Source: Candidatus Bathyarchaeota archaeon
Lineage (GTDB): Archaea > Thermoproteota > Bathyarchaeia > Bathyarchaeales > Bathycorpusculaceae
Direction: 5' to 3'
NCBI GenBank assembly: GCA_963827165.1
Contig: CAWGZR010000005.1
Location: forward strand, 800,001 to 864,000
DNA: 64,000 nt
Shown here in pieces: positions 19,593 to 28,883 of this stretch (position 1 is the stretch's first letter; every line of letters begins with the position of its first letter). Made by a program: the position numbers and the translations under genes. The notes below the pieces were generated by a model. The model was not told where the DNA came from. It ran no database searches and was given only the letters and a program-made list of their open reading frames with translations.

Positions 19593-20630
19593 TCAGCCAG
19601 TTTTCACTGTTAAGGCTGCGGCAATGGCTTCTGCCATTCCCACGGTCGTTGTGTCGCCGCCACAGTCTGGAACAGTTTGACCGTTACGTAATGCGTAAAT
19701 TACTCCATTCTCGATTGCCGCGCCTGCCTGAATGCATTTTTTGTCATTATATTTTTCTCCGAGCCACTCCAACATCATTTTTGCACTTAGAACCATCGAG
19801 ATCGGGTTTGCAGTGTGTTTTCCTTCCCTGTTTGGTGCGGAACCGTGTATGGGTTCGAAGAGTGCGAAGCCTTCGCCTATGTTTGCGCCTGGGGCCATAC
19901 CTAGTCCGCCGATGAGCTGGGCTGATTCGTCTGATAAGATGTCGCCGAACATGTTGCACGTGCAGAACACATCGAATATCTGCGGCTCCTTGATTAGGCG
20001 CATCGAAGCTGCGTCAACATACAACTCGTTAAACGCGATGTCTGGGTACTGCTTTGCTGTTTCACGGCATACGCTCGCAAATAACCCGTCAGTTATCCGC
20101 ATGACGTTTGCCTTGTGGATAGCAGTGACTTTCTTTTTGCCATTACGTAAACGCGCCATTTCAAAGGCTTTCTTGGCTATGCGCTGGCAGTTTTTGCGGG
20201 TGATCACTCTTAAACACAGAGTTGTGTCGTTGTCAAGAGTGAATTCTAAGCCTTTGTAAACGTCCTCGGTGTTTTCTCTTACCCAAAGCATGTCAATGTC
20301 TGGCCTAGCCGCTGGAACCGACGGGTAAGACTTGATTGGACGTAGGTTCGCGTATAAATCGAACATTAACCTGAGTTTAACTATAACGTCTGCCGCTGTT
20401 TCTCCAACGGGACCTTTGAGGCAAGCATGAGACGCCTTGATTATTTCAACGCTTTCTGCAGGCAGCGCCGCACCTCTTTTTGCCAACGTGCCATCGCCTG
20501 CTTCAGCCTCAACCATTTTCAGTTTTATGCCGAATGTCTTTTCAACGGCATCTAACACTTTCAGGGTCGCTTCTGTCAATTCTGGGCCGATCCCGTCTCC
20601 GGGAATCAGCGAAATCTTATACTCAGTCAT
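19593..20630 (-). CDS. leuB: 3-isopropylmalate / (homo)isocitrate dehydrogenase family
   Basis: GDGIGPE, RENTE, HKANV, NMFGDILSD, EPIHGSAP. Confidence 0.88.
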   Translation of the reverse strand: MTEYKISLIPGDGIGPELTEATLKVLDAVEKTFGIKLKMVEAEAGDGTLAKRGAALPAESVEIIKASHACLKGPVGETAADVIVKLRLMFDLYANLRPIKSYPSVPAARPDIDMLWVRENTEDVYKGLEFTLDNDTTLCLRVITRKNCQRIAKKAFEMARLRNGKKKVTAIHKANVMRITDGLFASVCRETAKQYPDIAFNELYVDAASMRLIKEPQIFDVFCTCNMFGDILSDESAQLIGGLGMAPGANIGEGFALFEPIHGSAPNREGKHTANPISMVLSAKMMLEWLGEKYNDKKCIQAGAAIENGVIYALRNGQTVPDCGGDTTTVGMAEAIAAALTVKTG

Positions 20631-21130
20631 TTCTTGTCCAGTCTCCTACGTAAATTCTCGATTAGTCCACCATCAGCCAATATTTCTAAGATAAATGGTG
20701 GCAGCTTCTCTACTTGAAACTTTTTGCTCTTCGAGACGTTTTCTACCTTGCCAGCTTCGAAATCGACTGCTAATTCGTCGCCGGTTTCAACTGCTGCTGA
20801 TATTCCTTTGCATTCTATTACTGGCAAGCCAATGTTGATGGCGTTTCTGAAAAAGATTCTGGCGAAAGATTCGGCTAGCACGCATTTTACACCTGCGTAC
20901 TTCAGGGCTAAAGGCGCTTGTTCCCTGCTGGATCCGCACCCGAAGTTTTTGCCGCCCACCAGAACGACGCCGTTTTTGGCTTTCTGGGGAAAATCGGGGT
21001 CTATGCTTTCTAAAGCGTGTTTTGCTAACTCGTAAGGATCAACCAGTGTCAGGTATTTTCCAGGCAGAATGACATCTGTGTCGATGTTGTTTCCGAATCT
21101 TATTGCTGGACCTTTGATTTTTATGTTCAT
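20627..21130 (-). CDS. leuD: 3-isopropylmalate dehydratase / homoaconitase small subunit
   Basis: IDTDVILP, NFGCGSSREQA, SFARIFFRN. Confidence 0.9.
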   Translation of the reverse strand: MNIKIKGPAIRFGNNIDTDVILPGKYLTLVDPYELAKHALESIDPDFPQKAKNGVVLVGGKNFGCGSSREQAPLALKYAGVKCVLAESFARIFFRNAINIGLPVIECKGISAAVETGDELAVDFEAGKVENVSKSKKFQVEKLPPFILEILADGGLIENLRRRLDKK

Positions 21131-22395
21131 GCTTTTACCTCCAGTTTTCTTGGGTCAGTGATTTTGCCTGTTACCGCTGAAGCAGCTACCGTGGCTGGGG
21201 AAGCCAAGTATACGCTGGCTTGAGTGCTGCCCATTCTCCCGATAAAGTTCCGATTTGAAGTGCTAACGCAAGTTTCACCCGCTGCCAGTAGTCCAATGTG
21301 TCCGCCTAAGCATGGTCCGCACGCTGAACCGCAAACTATTGCGCCTGCGTCAGTGAAGGTTTCCATTAATCCTTCGTCTAATGCTTGCTTGTAAACTTCC
21401 TGTGAAGCAGGAATCACAAGTGCCCTGACGCCGTCTTTTACGCGTCTGCCTTTCAGGACTTGCGCGGCTAAACGTAGGTCTTCTATTCTACCATTGGTGC
21501 ATGACCCAATGAAAGCCTGCTCTATTACAACGTTGCCTACTTCTGAAACAGGCTTCACGTTGTCCACCGATGATGGGCAAGCAATCTGGGGCTCCATCTT
21601 TGAAACATCAAACTCCGACGTGCTCTTGTAAACGGCGTCTTTGTCGCTTTTCAGCACTTCGAAATCTGGCAGGTTTTTGACTCTTCCCTTTAAGAATTCG
21701 CGGGTGATTTCGTCAGGTTCAATGATGCCGTTTTTGGCTCCCATTTCCACTGCCATATTGCACAGCGTCATTCTTCCCGATATGCTCATGTTTTTTATTG
21801 TTTGACCTGTGAATTCGGCGCTTTCGTAAATTGCGCCTTCAACGCTTACTTTCCCTATTATGGATAGTATTAGGTCTTTAGCTGTGACATACTTTGGGAA
21901 TTTTCCAGTAACGTTGATTTTTAATGCTTCGGGTACTTTAAGCCAGATTTTTCCAGTTGCCAAAACTGCTGCGGCTTCGGTTGATCCTATTCCCGTCGCA
22001 AAAGCTCCGAAGGCTCCGTAAGTGCATGTATGGGAGTCAGCGCCCACGATTACTGTACCAGGAACAACATGTCCCTTCTCAGGCATGACTTGATGGCAGA
22101 TTCCGCCTCTCCCAATGTCATAAATTCGCAGGTTCTGGTCTTTGGCAAATTGACGCATGGTCTTATGCAGTTCCGCTGCCTTCACAGATTCAGCCGGCAC
22201 CTGGTGGTCCAGTATAACCACTGCTTTTTGGTTATCCCAAACTTTCTTCACGCCTATTTTGTTGAATGCTTCAACAGCTAAAGGCCCAGTTAAATCATGC
22301 ACCATCACCATGTCAACGTTTGCGTCGACTATTTCTCCTGGATGCACGGTTTTTTTTCCTGAGGCTTTAGCCAAGATTTTTTCTGTTATGTTCAT
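21127..22395 (-). CDS. leuC: 3-isopropylmalate dehydratase / homoaconitase large subunit
   Basis: DSHTCT, GSCTNGR, CGPCLG, TSNRNFIGR. Confidence 0.92.
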   Translation of the reverse strand: MNITEKILAKASGKKTVHPGEIVDANVDMVMVHDLTGPLAVEAFNKIGVKKVWDNQKAVVILDHQVPAESVKAAELHKTMRQFAKDQNLRIYDIGRGGICHQVMPEKGHVVPGTVIVGADSHTCTYGAFGAFATGIGSTEAAAVLATGKIWLKVPEALKINVTGKFPKYVTAKDLILSIIGKVSVEGAIYESAEFTGQTIKNMSISGRMTLCNMAVEMGAKNGIIEPDEITREFLKGRVKNLPDFEVLKSDKDAVYKSTSEFDVSKMEPQIACPSSVDNVKPVSEVGNVVIEQAFIGSCTNGRIEDLRLAAQVLKGRRVKDGVRALVIPASQEVYKQALDEGLMETFTDAGAIVCGSACGPCLGGHIGLLAAGETCVSTSNRNFIGRMGSTQASVYLASPATVAASAVTGKITDPRKLEVKA

Positions 22396-22440
22396 TTTTA
22401 TTCTCTTCTTCTATCAATTGCTTTTTTTGATACCGATAAC

Positions 22441-22458
22441 AATGACAAGTTTGTCATT
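22441..22458. promoter_or_regulatory. Perfect palindrome, candidate operator upstream of leuC
   Basis: aatgacaa-gt-ttgtcatt, just downstream (minus sense) of a TTAATTT TATA-like box at about 22472-22478. Confidence 0.55.
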
Positions 22459-22501
22459 TTAAGAAAACTTGAAATTAAGGGTTTCCGTTCAAAGAGATGA
22501 T

Positions 22502-23014
22502 TTATTCGTCTATTCTGACGGTTTTTGCCCCTCTCGCTAATGCGGTTATGCCTGTTCTTGCAAGTTCAATGACTCCTGTTGTCTGCATAAGTTTTAGGAA
22601 CGCATCGAGTTTGTCAGGTGTCCCAGTTATTTCCACGGTTAGGCTATCAGTTGAGACGTCGATTATTCGTCCTCTGAAGACTTCCACACAGTTTATTATG
22701 TCAGAGCGATCTTTTGTGGTCGGCACGTTGACTTTTATTAAGGCGAGTTCCCGCATCACAAAGTGTCCTGGTTCTAGCTCTTCCACTTTCAGTACGTCGA
22801 TGAGTTTTGCCAATTGTTTGACGACTTGTTCAAGTGTTTTTTCGTCGCCGTTAACGGTTATTGTCATACGTGATGTATCGCTGTTTTCGCTTGGACCGAC
22901 TGTTATGCTTTCGATGTTGAAGTTTCTTCGTCTGAACAAATTGGCTACACCGTGAAGAACACCTGGCTTGTTTTCCACGAGGACAGAAATTACTTTAGTT
23001 TGATCGGTTTCCAT
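22502..23014 (-). CDS. ilvN: Acetolactate synthase small (regulatory) subunit
   Basis: VENKPGVL, RRNFNIES, KQLAKLIDV, RELALIKV, ELARTG. Confidence 0.96.
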   Translation of the reverse strand: METDQTKVISVLVENKPGVLHGVANLFRRRNFNIESITVGPSENSDTSRMTITVNGDEKTLEQVVKQLAKLIDVLKVEELEPGHFVMRELALIKVNVPTTKDRSDIINCVEVFRGRIIDVSTDSLTVEITGTPDKLDAFLKLMQTTGVIELARTGITALARGAKTVRIDE

Positions 23015-24726
23015 CAGTAGTCGCCCCTTTGTTGCGGTAAACCGCAGCCTGGAGGCACGAATGGAACAACGTCCTGTTCTGAGCCTATAGGCACATCGAT
23101 AACCGTTGTAACATTACTGGTTAGCGCTGTTTTAACTGCTTTTTGGAATTCTTCAAGAGAGTTCACTCTTAGTCCCTGTGCGCCGTAAGCTTCCGCAAGC
23201 TTAACGAAGTCAGGTGTTTTCCCCAAGTTAACTGCCATGTAACGGCGATTATAGAGCATTCTTTGCCACTGTGCAACCATACCCAGTACCGAGTTATTTA
23301 GCACTATGACTATGACCGGAATCTTTTCAGCGACAGAACATGCAAGTTCTTGTTCAGTCATTAGGAAACTGCCGTCACCAGCTATGTCTACGACGGGTCT
23401 ATCTGGGCATGCGACTTTTGCGCCTATTGCTGCTGGGAACCCAAAGCCCATAGTTCCAAGTCCGCCTGAACTGATGAAGGTTCTGGGTTTTAATGCTTGG
23501 AAGTACAGAGCTGACCACATTTGGTTTTGACCGACTTCTGTCGTAACGATGGCGTCTGCTGGCAGCAGCTTTCTTAGCTCTATCAGCAAGGCTTTGGGCA
23601 CTAGGTCTTTGGGTCTTTCTTTGAGGATTGGGCTCAGTTGCTCTTTTGCTTCTTTAATGCGTTTTGACCATAAGCTGACTTTCATCCTCGGAAGTTTCTT
23701 TGTGGTGACGGTCTGCAATAGCTTTAACGATATTTTTGCGTCTCCAACGATAGGTACGTCTACTTCAATATTCTTGCCTAGTTCTGCTGCATCTATATCT
23801 ATGTGGATTTTTTTGGCGTTAGGAGCAAAAGTATCCAAGTTAGCTGTTGCACGGTCAGAAAATCTTGTTCCCACGGCCAAGAGAACATCAGCTTCTCCAA
23901 TCAGCCTGTTTGCAGCTGGGTTTCCATGCATCCCGATGCATCCAACCGACAACGGGTGCCCCTCCGGGAAAGCCCCTTTCCCCATGAAGGTTGTCGCAAC
24001 TGGCGCGGTTAACAAATCTGACATCTGCATCAATTCGTCTGACGCGTTAGCGGAAATGACTCCGCCGCCAGCCAAAATAATTGGGTAAACCGCCTGTGCC
24101 AGTAGGTCAGCTGCTTCGCTGATTTTAGTCAAATCTGGAGTCATCGCTGGTTTGTAGCCTCGAGCTTCAATTTTTTCTGTAAGCCCCATCTCAATTTCAG
24201 CTGTGTCCGACTGCACATTCTTGGGTATGTCAATTAGGACTGGTCCCGGTCTACCTGATGATGCTATGTAGAAGGCTGCGTTAACCATTGGTTGAATTTC
24301 CATAATTGTTCTTGGCTGATAATTATGTTTGGTAATTGGCGTGGTGATGCCTATGATGTCTGCCTCTTGGAATGCGTCTTTACCAATCATATATGAAGAG
24401 TTAACTCCGGTTGAAGGAACCTGACCCGTAATTGCTATCATCGGCGAAGAATCCAGGTATGCGTTCGCTATCCCAGTGACCAGATTTGTTGCTCCGGGTC
24501 CTGATGTGGCCATACACACGCCCACTCGTCCGCTGGCTCTAGCATAGCCTTCGGCGGCGTGAGCCGCTCCCTGTTCGTGCCTAGCGAGTATGTGCCGAAT
24601 TTTCTGGTTGCCGCATAATTCATCATAGACAGGCAATATTGCTCCGCCTAAGATGCCGAATATGACGTCAACGTTTTGTTGTTCAAGAGATTCTATGAGT
24701 ACTTTTGCACCAGACATTCTAGTCAT
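23014..24726 (-). CDS. ilvB: Acetolactate synthase large subunit
   Basis: RHEQGA, TSGPGATN, FQE, SGGLGTMG, GDGS...NN, MVAQWQ. Confidence 0.97.
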   Translation of the reverse strand: MTRMSGAKVLIESLEQQNVDVIFGILGGAILPVYDELCGNQKIRHILARHEQGAAHAAEGYARASGRVGVCMATSGPGATNLVTGIANAYLDSSPMIAITGQVPSTGVNSSYMIGKDAFQEADIIGITTPITKHNYQPRTIMEIQPMVNAAFYIASSGRPGPVLIDIPKNVQSDTAEIEMGLTEKIEARGYKPAMTPDLTKISEAADLLAQAVYPIILAGGGVISANASDELMQMSDLLTAPVATTFMGKGAFPEGHPLSVGCIGMHGNPAANRLIGEADVLLAVGTRFSDRATANLDTFAPNAKKIHIDIDAAELGKNIEVDVPIVGDAKISLKLLQTVTTKKLPRMKVSLWSKRIKEAKEQLSPILKERPKDLVPKALLIELRKLLPADAIVTTEVGQNQMWSALYFQALKPRTFISSGGLGTMGFGFPAAIGAKVACPDRPVVDIAGDGSFLMTEQELACSVAEKIPVIVIVLNNSVLGMVAQWQRMLYNRRYMAVNLGKTPDFVKLAEAYGAQGLRVNSLEEFQKAVKTALTSNVTTVIDVPIGSEQDVVPFVPPGCGLPQQRGDY

Positions 24727-24824
24727 TTTTCAATGCGTCTCCTTTTTCAACGAATATACTCTCGTCTGAACAAGAAAAGGCTGCAAATTTCGACGTGAGT
24801 CTTTGAGAGGGTTTCCTGGGCGAA

Positions 24825-24881
24825 TCAAAGAATACGTACCCGACGATCCCAACTATTGAGGTGACGATCCCTCATTTTCAT
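24825..24881 (-). CDS. Candidate ilv leader ORF MKMRDRHLNSWDRRVRIL; the overlapping +1 frame reads GIVTSIVGIVGYVFF
   Basis: Short ORF downstream of a TTTTTAT box, ending Val-Arg-Ile-Leu-stop; ctttga/tcaaag inverted repeat over the stop codon. Confidence 0.4.
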   Translation of the reverse strand: MKMRDRHLNSWDRRVRIL

Positions 24882-25095
24882 TCCTCGTAAATTCCACGTA
24901 CCCTAAAAGATCAGCCAAGTAAACATAAAAAGTTTACGGTGACTTCGCTAATCTCCACTGAAGATTACACTTTCCACCGTAACCTTAACTTGATAAAAGA
25001 GACCAAAACTTTTTTGCTTCTCCCTGTAAAACTAAAAATCCCTGGTAGCCGAAAGCCATTATTACTGGGTTTGCTTTTTTGTTTGGTGAAGTTCT

Positions 25096-25281
25096 ATGTG
25101 TGAATTTAACGTTATCCTCGAGGGGAAAACCCAGTTTAGAGATGTTATTTACGCTAGAGTTGAAGGCGACAAAGTAACGGTCAAAAACATTCTCGGAGAA
25201 TCCAAAGAGTTCATTGGCTACAAAATCGTTGATGTAGACGTGCCCAACACGAGGCTGGTGCTAGCTTCTACAAAGTCATAG
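25096..25281 (+). CDS. CooT-family small nickel-binding protein
   Basis: MCE N-terminus, ILGE, 61 aa, all-beta pattern. Confidence 0.75.
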   Translation: MCEFNVILEGKTQFRDVIYARVEGDKVTVKNILGESKEFIGYKIVDVDVPNTRLVLASTKS

Positions 25282-25648
25282 GCAAATTAGCGGTTAACAA
25301 ATCTTAGTTTGTACTCGATCGCTAAATAATTAACGCGTTGAATGTTTCAGTTTACTCCAAGAAACGGTAGAAGATGGGAAAGAAGAGAAACGACGTGAAT
25401 AGGCGTGGGCAACGCAGAAAATGTGGTGCAGAAGCTTGAAGTCATCAGGGGCCTGGGACCTTCATTCTCTCAATAAAAATTTCTGTTCCTAAACCTCGTG
25501 AAAACCGACGTCAAATAGAGTCTCTGCAGTCTTTCTCTGACTTCTATTTACTATAGATGTTCTTTTTCAGAGGTTTTAGTTTCTTTCGATGAAATCAGCG
25601 TTTTATAGAGCTCTATAGCTGTTTTTTAGATTTTTTCTGCAGTATAGT

Positions 25649-25691
25649 TGCAACCGATCCAAGCCCCAAACCAAAAAATCAACCCCAAACA
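25649..25691 (+). repeat. Dispersed 43-bp intergenic repeat, copy 1
   Basis: 35/43 identical without gaps to 62778-62820. Confidence 0.7.
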
Positions 25692-25768
25692 AGTCCTAAA
25701 CTTTTTTTCGATGAACAAGAGCGAAGGATTAGTTTTTGTGATCCAATCAGCCGCAAAAACGGCTTGGC

Positions 25769-26908
25769 TCACTCGCTTGAGTTCTGGTTGTTATGAAGCT
25801 CAGAGAGCCTTAGCAGGGTTTCTTTGTAGACTTGGATGGCGTTTTGGTATTCGCTTATGTCTATGTGTTCGTCTAGGGTGTGATCGAGACGGGAGTTGCC
25901 GGGTCCATAGGTGACTATTGGGAGGTTCATAGCTTTTCCCAGGATGTTCATGTCGCCTGTTCCCGTCTTATGCAGGAGCGTCGCAGGCTTATTGAGCACT
26001 TTGCGTACCGACGAAGAGAAAACGTGCACGAGCGGAGACGCCTTGTTCGCCTCGAAAGGCTCGACGGTGTCCAGCACAGTTGCTTTTACAGATACCTTCG
26101 GGTTAGCCGCCTGGTACTTCGCAATTATCTTCTCTATCTGCTCAAAAACCTGCGCCGTGGAAAATTGGATCGGGACACGAACATCAATGTTCATTTCAGC
26201 CTCGAAGGGAACGACAGACATCGCTCTGCCGCCTGCAATCTTTACCAAGCAGGCGGTAACCGCGTTAAATGGACTCACGGAAGGATCCAGCGACGGATAA
26301 GAGGATGCGTTCTTGATTTGCTCCCAAACCTCATATGATTTTTCTAAGGCGTTATCGTAGAGCCAAGGTGTAGAAGAATGTCCCGTCTCGGTCCTGCAGA
26401 CGACCTTGAGTTGAATCTGCCCTTTGTAGCCGATTGTGATGTTTTCGACGCCGCTGGGTTCGCCAAAAATAGCGTAGTCAGCCTTGATCCCCTGAGTGAT
26501 AAGGTGCTTAACGCCCCGGCTAGTAGCCTCCTCCTCAACCACACTCGCAACCAAGATTTTGCCCTTAAACGCGGATTCTCGTGCCGCGGAAACCGCGGCC
26601 ATAATCATGGCGGCAAGAGGACCCTTCGCATCAACGGCGCCTCGTGCGTAGATTTTGCCTTCTTCGATGCGGAGCGGTAGATGCCCGGATACTGTGTCCA
26701 TGTGGCCGCAAAGCAAAATGACCGGATCGCCTTCGCCGACGACGCCGATTACGTTTCCAATTGTGTCTTTGCCAACTTCGAAACCCATCTTCTTCATTTC
26801 AACAGCTAAGAAATTAGCGGCATCCTCTTCTTTGCCCGATGGGCTATAGATACCCAGAAGATTAGTTAGGAACCGTACTGCTTCCTGCTCGCTCATTCTC
26901 TTCCTCAC
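25769..26908 (-). CDS. lysK: [LysW]-lysine/ornithine hydrolase, M20 family (start probably MSEQ at 26896)
   Basis: GHMDTV, RGAVDAKG, EEE, GEPS, GTGDMN, YGPG...H. Confidence 0.92.
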   Translation of the reverse strand: MRKRMSEQEAVRFLTNLLGIYSPSGKEEDAANFLAVEMKKMGFEVGKDTIGNVIGVVGEGDPVILLCGHMDTVSGHLPLRIEEGKIYARGAVDAKGPLAAMIMAAVSAARESAFKGKILVASVVEEEATSRGVKHLITQGIKADYAIFGEPSGVENITIGYKGQIQLKVVCRTETGHSSTPWLYDNALEKSYEVWEQIKNASSYPSLDPSVSPFNAVTACLVKIAGGRAMSVVPFEAEMNIDVRVPIQFSTAQVFEQIEKIIAKYQAANPKVSVKATVLDTVEPFEANKASPLVHVFSSSVRKVLNKPATLLHKTGTGDMNILGKAMNLPIVTYGPGNSRLDHTLDEHIDISEYQNAIQVYKETLLRLSELHNNQNSSE

Positions 26909-28076
26909 CTAAAACTTCATCCAGCACCCCTACGGCACGGTCAATCTGCTCTTTTGAAATCACCAAAGGCGGCAACAATCGAACAACGGTTCTTCCAGCA
27001 TCCAAAATCAATACACCCTTAGCCGCAGCCTTCAAAATCACATTCAAAACATCGAAGCGCAGTTCCATGCCTAGCATCAAACCTAAACCCCGAACTTCCT
27101 TTATAATTCTATGCTTAGATTGCAGCCGCTCCAGTTCACTCTTGAAGTAACTGCCCATTTCAGACGCGCGCAAAGTTAAGTTTTCTTCGACAAGGGCAGC
27201 TATTGCTGCGCATCCAGCAGCACAAACTAGTGGACTGCCGCTGAAAGTGGTAGAGTGTTCGCCGACTTTAAGGGCCGACATTACATTTTCTTTAGCCACT
27301 GTTATGCCGATGGGTAAGCCGCCCGCGAACGGCTTAGCTAAACACATAATGTCAGGCGTAACACCCCAGTTTTGGCAGCCAAAAAGCTTACCGGTGCGCC
27401 CGAAACTTGTTTGCACTTCATCAAGGATAAGCAACACGTTCTTCTCGTCGCATATCTTTCGAACCTCTTGAAGGTAGCCGTCAGGAGGAACCCGAACGCC
27501 GCCTTCACCTCGGATAGGCTCCATGAGAACCGCCGCTGTTTTTTCGCTGATAGCTTCGCGGATTTTGTCAGCGTTATCGGGGGCGACATGCTTTATTTCT
27601 GGAACCAGCGGCATGAAGGGTTCACGATATTTTTTGTCCCATGTTGCGGAAAGGGCACCCATAGTTTTGCCGTGGAAACCCCCCATTAAAGCGATAATTT
27701 CTGGTTTGCACGTATATTTGCGTGCGACTTTAATGGCGCATTCGACTGATTCTGCCCCGCTGTTCGAAAGAAACACTTTGTCTAAGCCTTTAGGCGTTAA
27801 ATGGACTAGTTTGTCAACGAATTCTGCACGTCGGTCGTTGAAGTAGGCCCCATGGCATGTGATAAGCTGTTCTACTTGAGCCTGAACTGCAGCGACAACT
27901 TTCGGGTGACAGTGGCCCAGCAGCGCGACACCATAGCTGGTTGCGCAATCCACGTACTCTTTGCCGTTAATATCCCAGACAATTGCGCCTTTGCCCTTCG
28001 TCAGGACAACTGGTTTTTTGGAGAAAACGTTTGCCATGAACCTAGTTTCGACATTAATTATTTCTTGTTCATTCAC
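26862..28076 (-). CDS. lysJ: [LysW]-aminoadipate/glutamate semialdehyde transaminase
   Basis: NSGAES, FHGKT, EPIRGEGG, DEVQT, LAK, RLLPPL. Confidence 0.93.
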   Translation of the reverse strand: MNEQEIINVETRFMANVFSKKPVVLTKGKGAIVWDINGKEYVDCATSYGVALLGHCHPKVVAAVQAQVEQLITCHGAYFNDRRAEFVDKLVHLTPKGLDKVFLSNSGAESVECAIKVARKYTCKPEIIALMGGFHGKTMGALSATWDKKYREPFMPLVPEIKHVAPDNADKIREAISEKTAAVLMEPIRGEGGVRVPPDGYLQEVRKICDEKNVLLILDEVQTSFGRTGKLFGCQNWGVTPDIMCLAKPFAGGLPIGITVAKENVMSALKVGEHSTTFSGSPLVCAAGCAAIAALVEENLTLRASEMGSYFKSELERLQSKHRIIKEVRGLGLMLGMELRFDVLNVILKAAAKGVLILDAGRTVVRLLPPLVISKEQIDRAVGVLDEVLGEEENERAGSSTVPN

Positions 28077-28878
28077 CAGTAATCACCGTACCAACCTTAT
28101 GATTCAAAGCTGAACTTATGGGCTCATTTCCCGTTCCAGCCGTGACCAAAACCTCTTTGACGCCTTGGCTTAGTGCCTCCAATGCTGCATGCACCTTAGT
28201 ACTCATACCTTGCCCGATGCCAGAGAGCACCTCTTTAACCTCTGTGGCGGCGATTTTTGGGACGTATTCACCCTTAAGCATCAAACCTTTCACGTCTGTG
28301 AGAAGAATTAAGCGGTCTGCTTTCAACGCGCCAGCAATAACTGCGGCTGTTCGGTCTCCATCTACGTTTAGTGGCTCACAGTCCTGGCTAATTGCGATTG
28401 GCGTCAAAATCGGAACATACCCCTTGCCAAGTAGCAGATTCAGCAGTTCACTGTTCACCTCAGTTATCTTTCCTGTATAGCCGCCATCGATGACTTTTTT
28501 GCGTCCCCGTTCGTCAACGGCGATAAGTTTTGTCTTCCGCTCTGCCTTCAGGGTAGCTGCATCCAACCCCGTTATGCCGACTGCGGGTACGCCTTGGCTT
28601 TGCAGGGCTAAAACTATTTGTTTGTTGATTTTGCCAGCCATAACCATGGTGTAGATCTCGATGGTTTCTTTGTCCGTGTAGCGGCTTCGGAATCCCTCGG
28701 GTGAAACGATGAATTTCTGTTCTTTTCCAAGTTTTGAGGCTACTTCGGTGACTTCTACCCCGCCGCCGTGGACAAGCACCACTTTGTTTGTTTTTGTCAC
28801 TTCTTTTAAGTCAGCGACTAAGTTTTGGGATGTACCCTCTTTGAGTATGCTTCCTCCCATCTTAATTACAAGCAGCAT
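28069..28878 (-). CDS. lysZ: [LysW]-aminoadipate/glutamate kinase (start corrected to MLLVIKMGG)
   Basis: KMGG, VHGGG, SPEGFRSRYTD, GGYTGKI, NVDGDR. Confidence 0.93.
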   Translation of the reverse strand: MLLVIKMGGSILKEGTSQNLVADLKEVTKTNKVVLVHGGGVEVTEVASKLGKEQKFIVSPEGFRSRYTDKETIEIYTMVMAGKINKQIVLALQSQGVPAVGITGLDAATLKAERKTKLIAVDERGRKKVIDGGYTGKITEVNSELLNLLLGKGYVPILTPIAISQDCEPLNVDGDRTAAVIAGALKADRLILLTDVKGLMLKGEYVPKIAATEVKEVLSGIGQGMSTKVHAALEALSQGVKEVLVTAGTGNEPISSALNHKVGTVITGE

Positions 28879-28883
28879 GGCGA

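Noticed and set aside
25374-25439. Short basic ORF MGKKRNDVNRRGQRRKCGAEA and a similar-sized ORF near 62385-62453
   Set aside because: No alignable similarity or known family; purine-rich spacers give such ORFs by chance.
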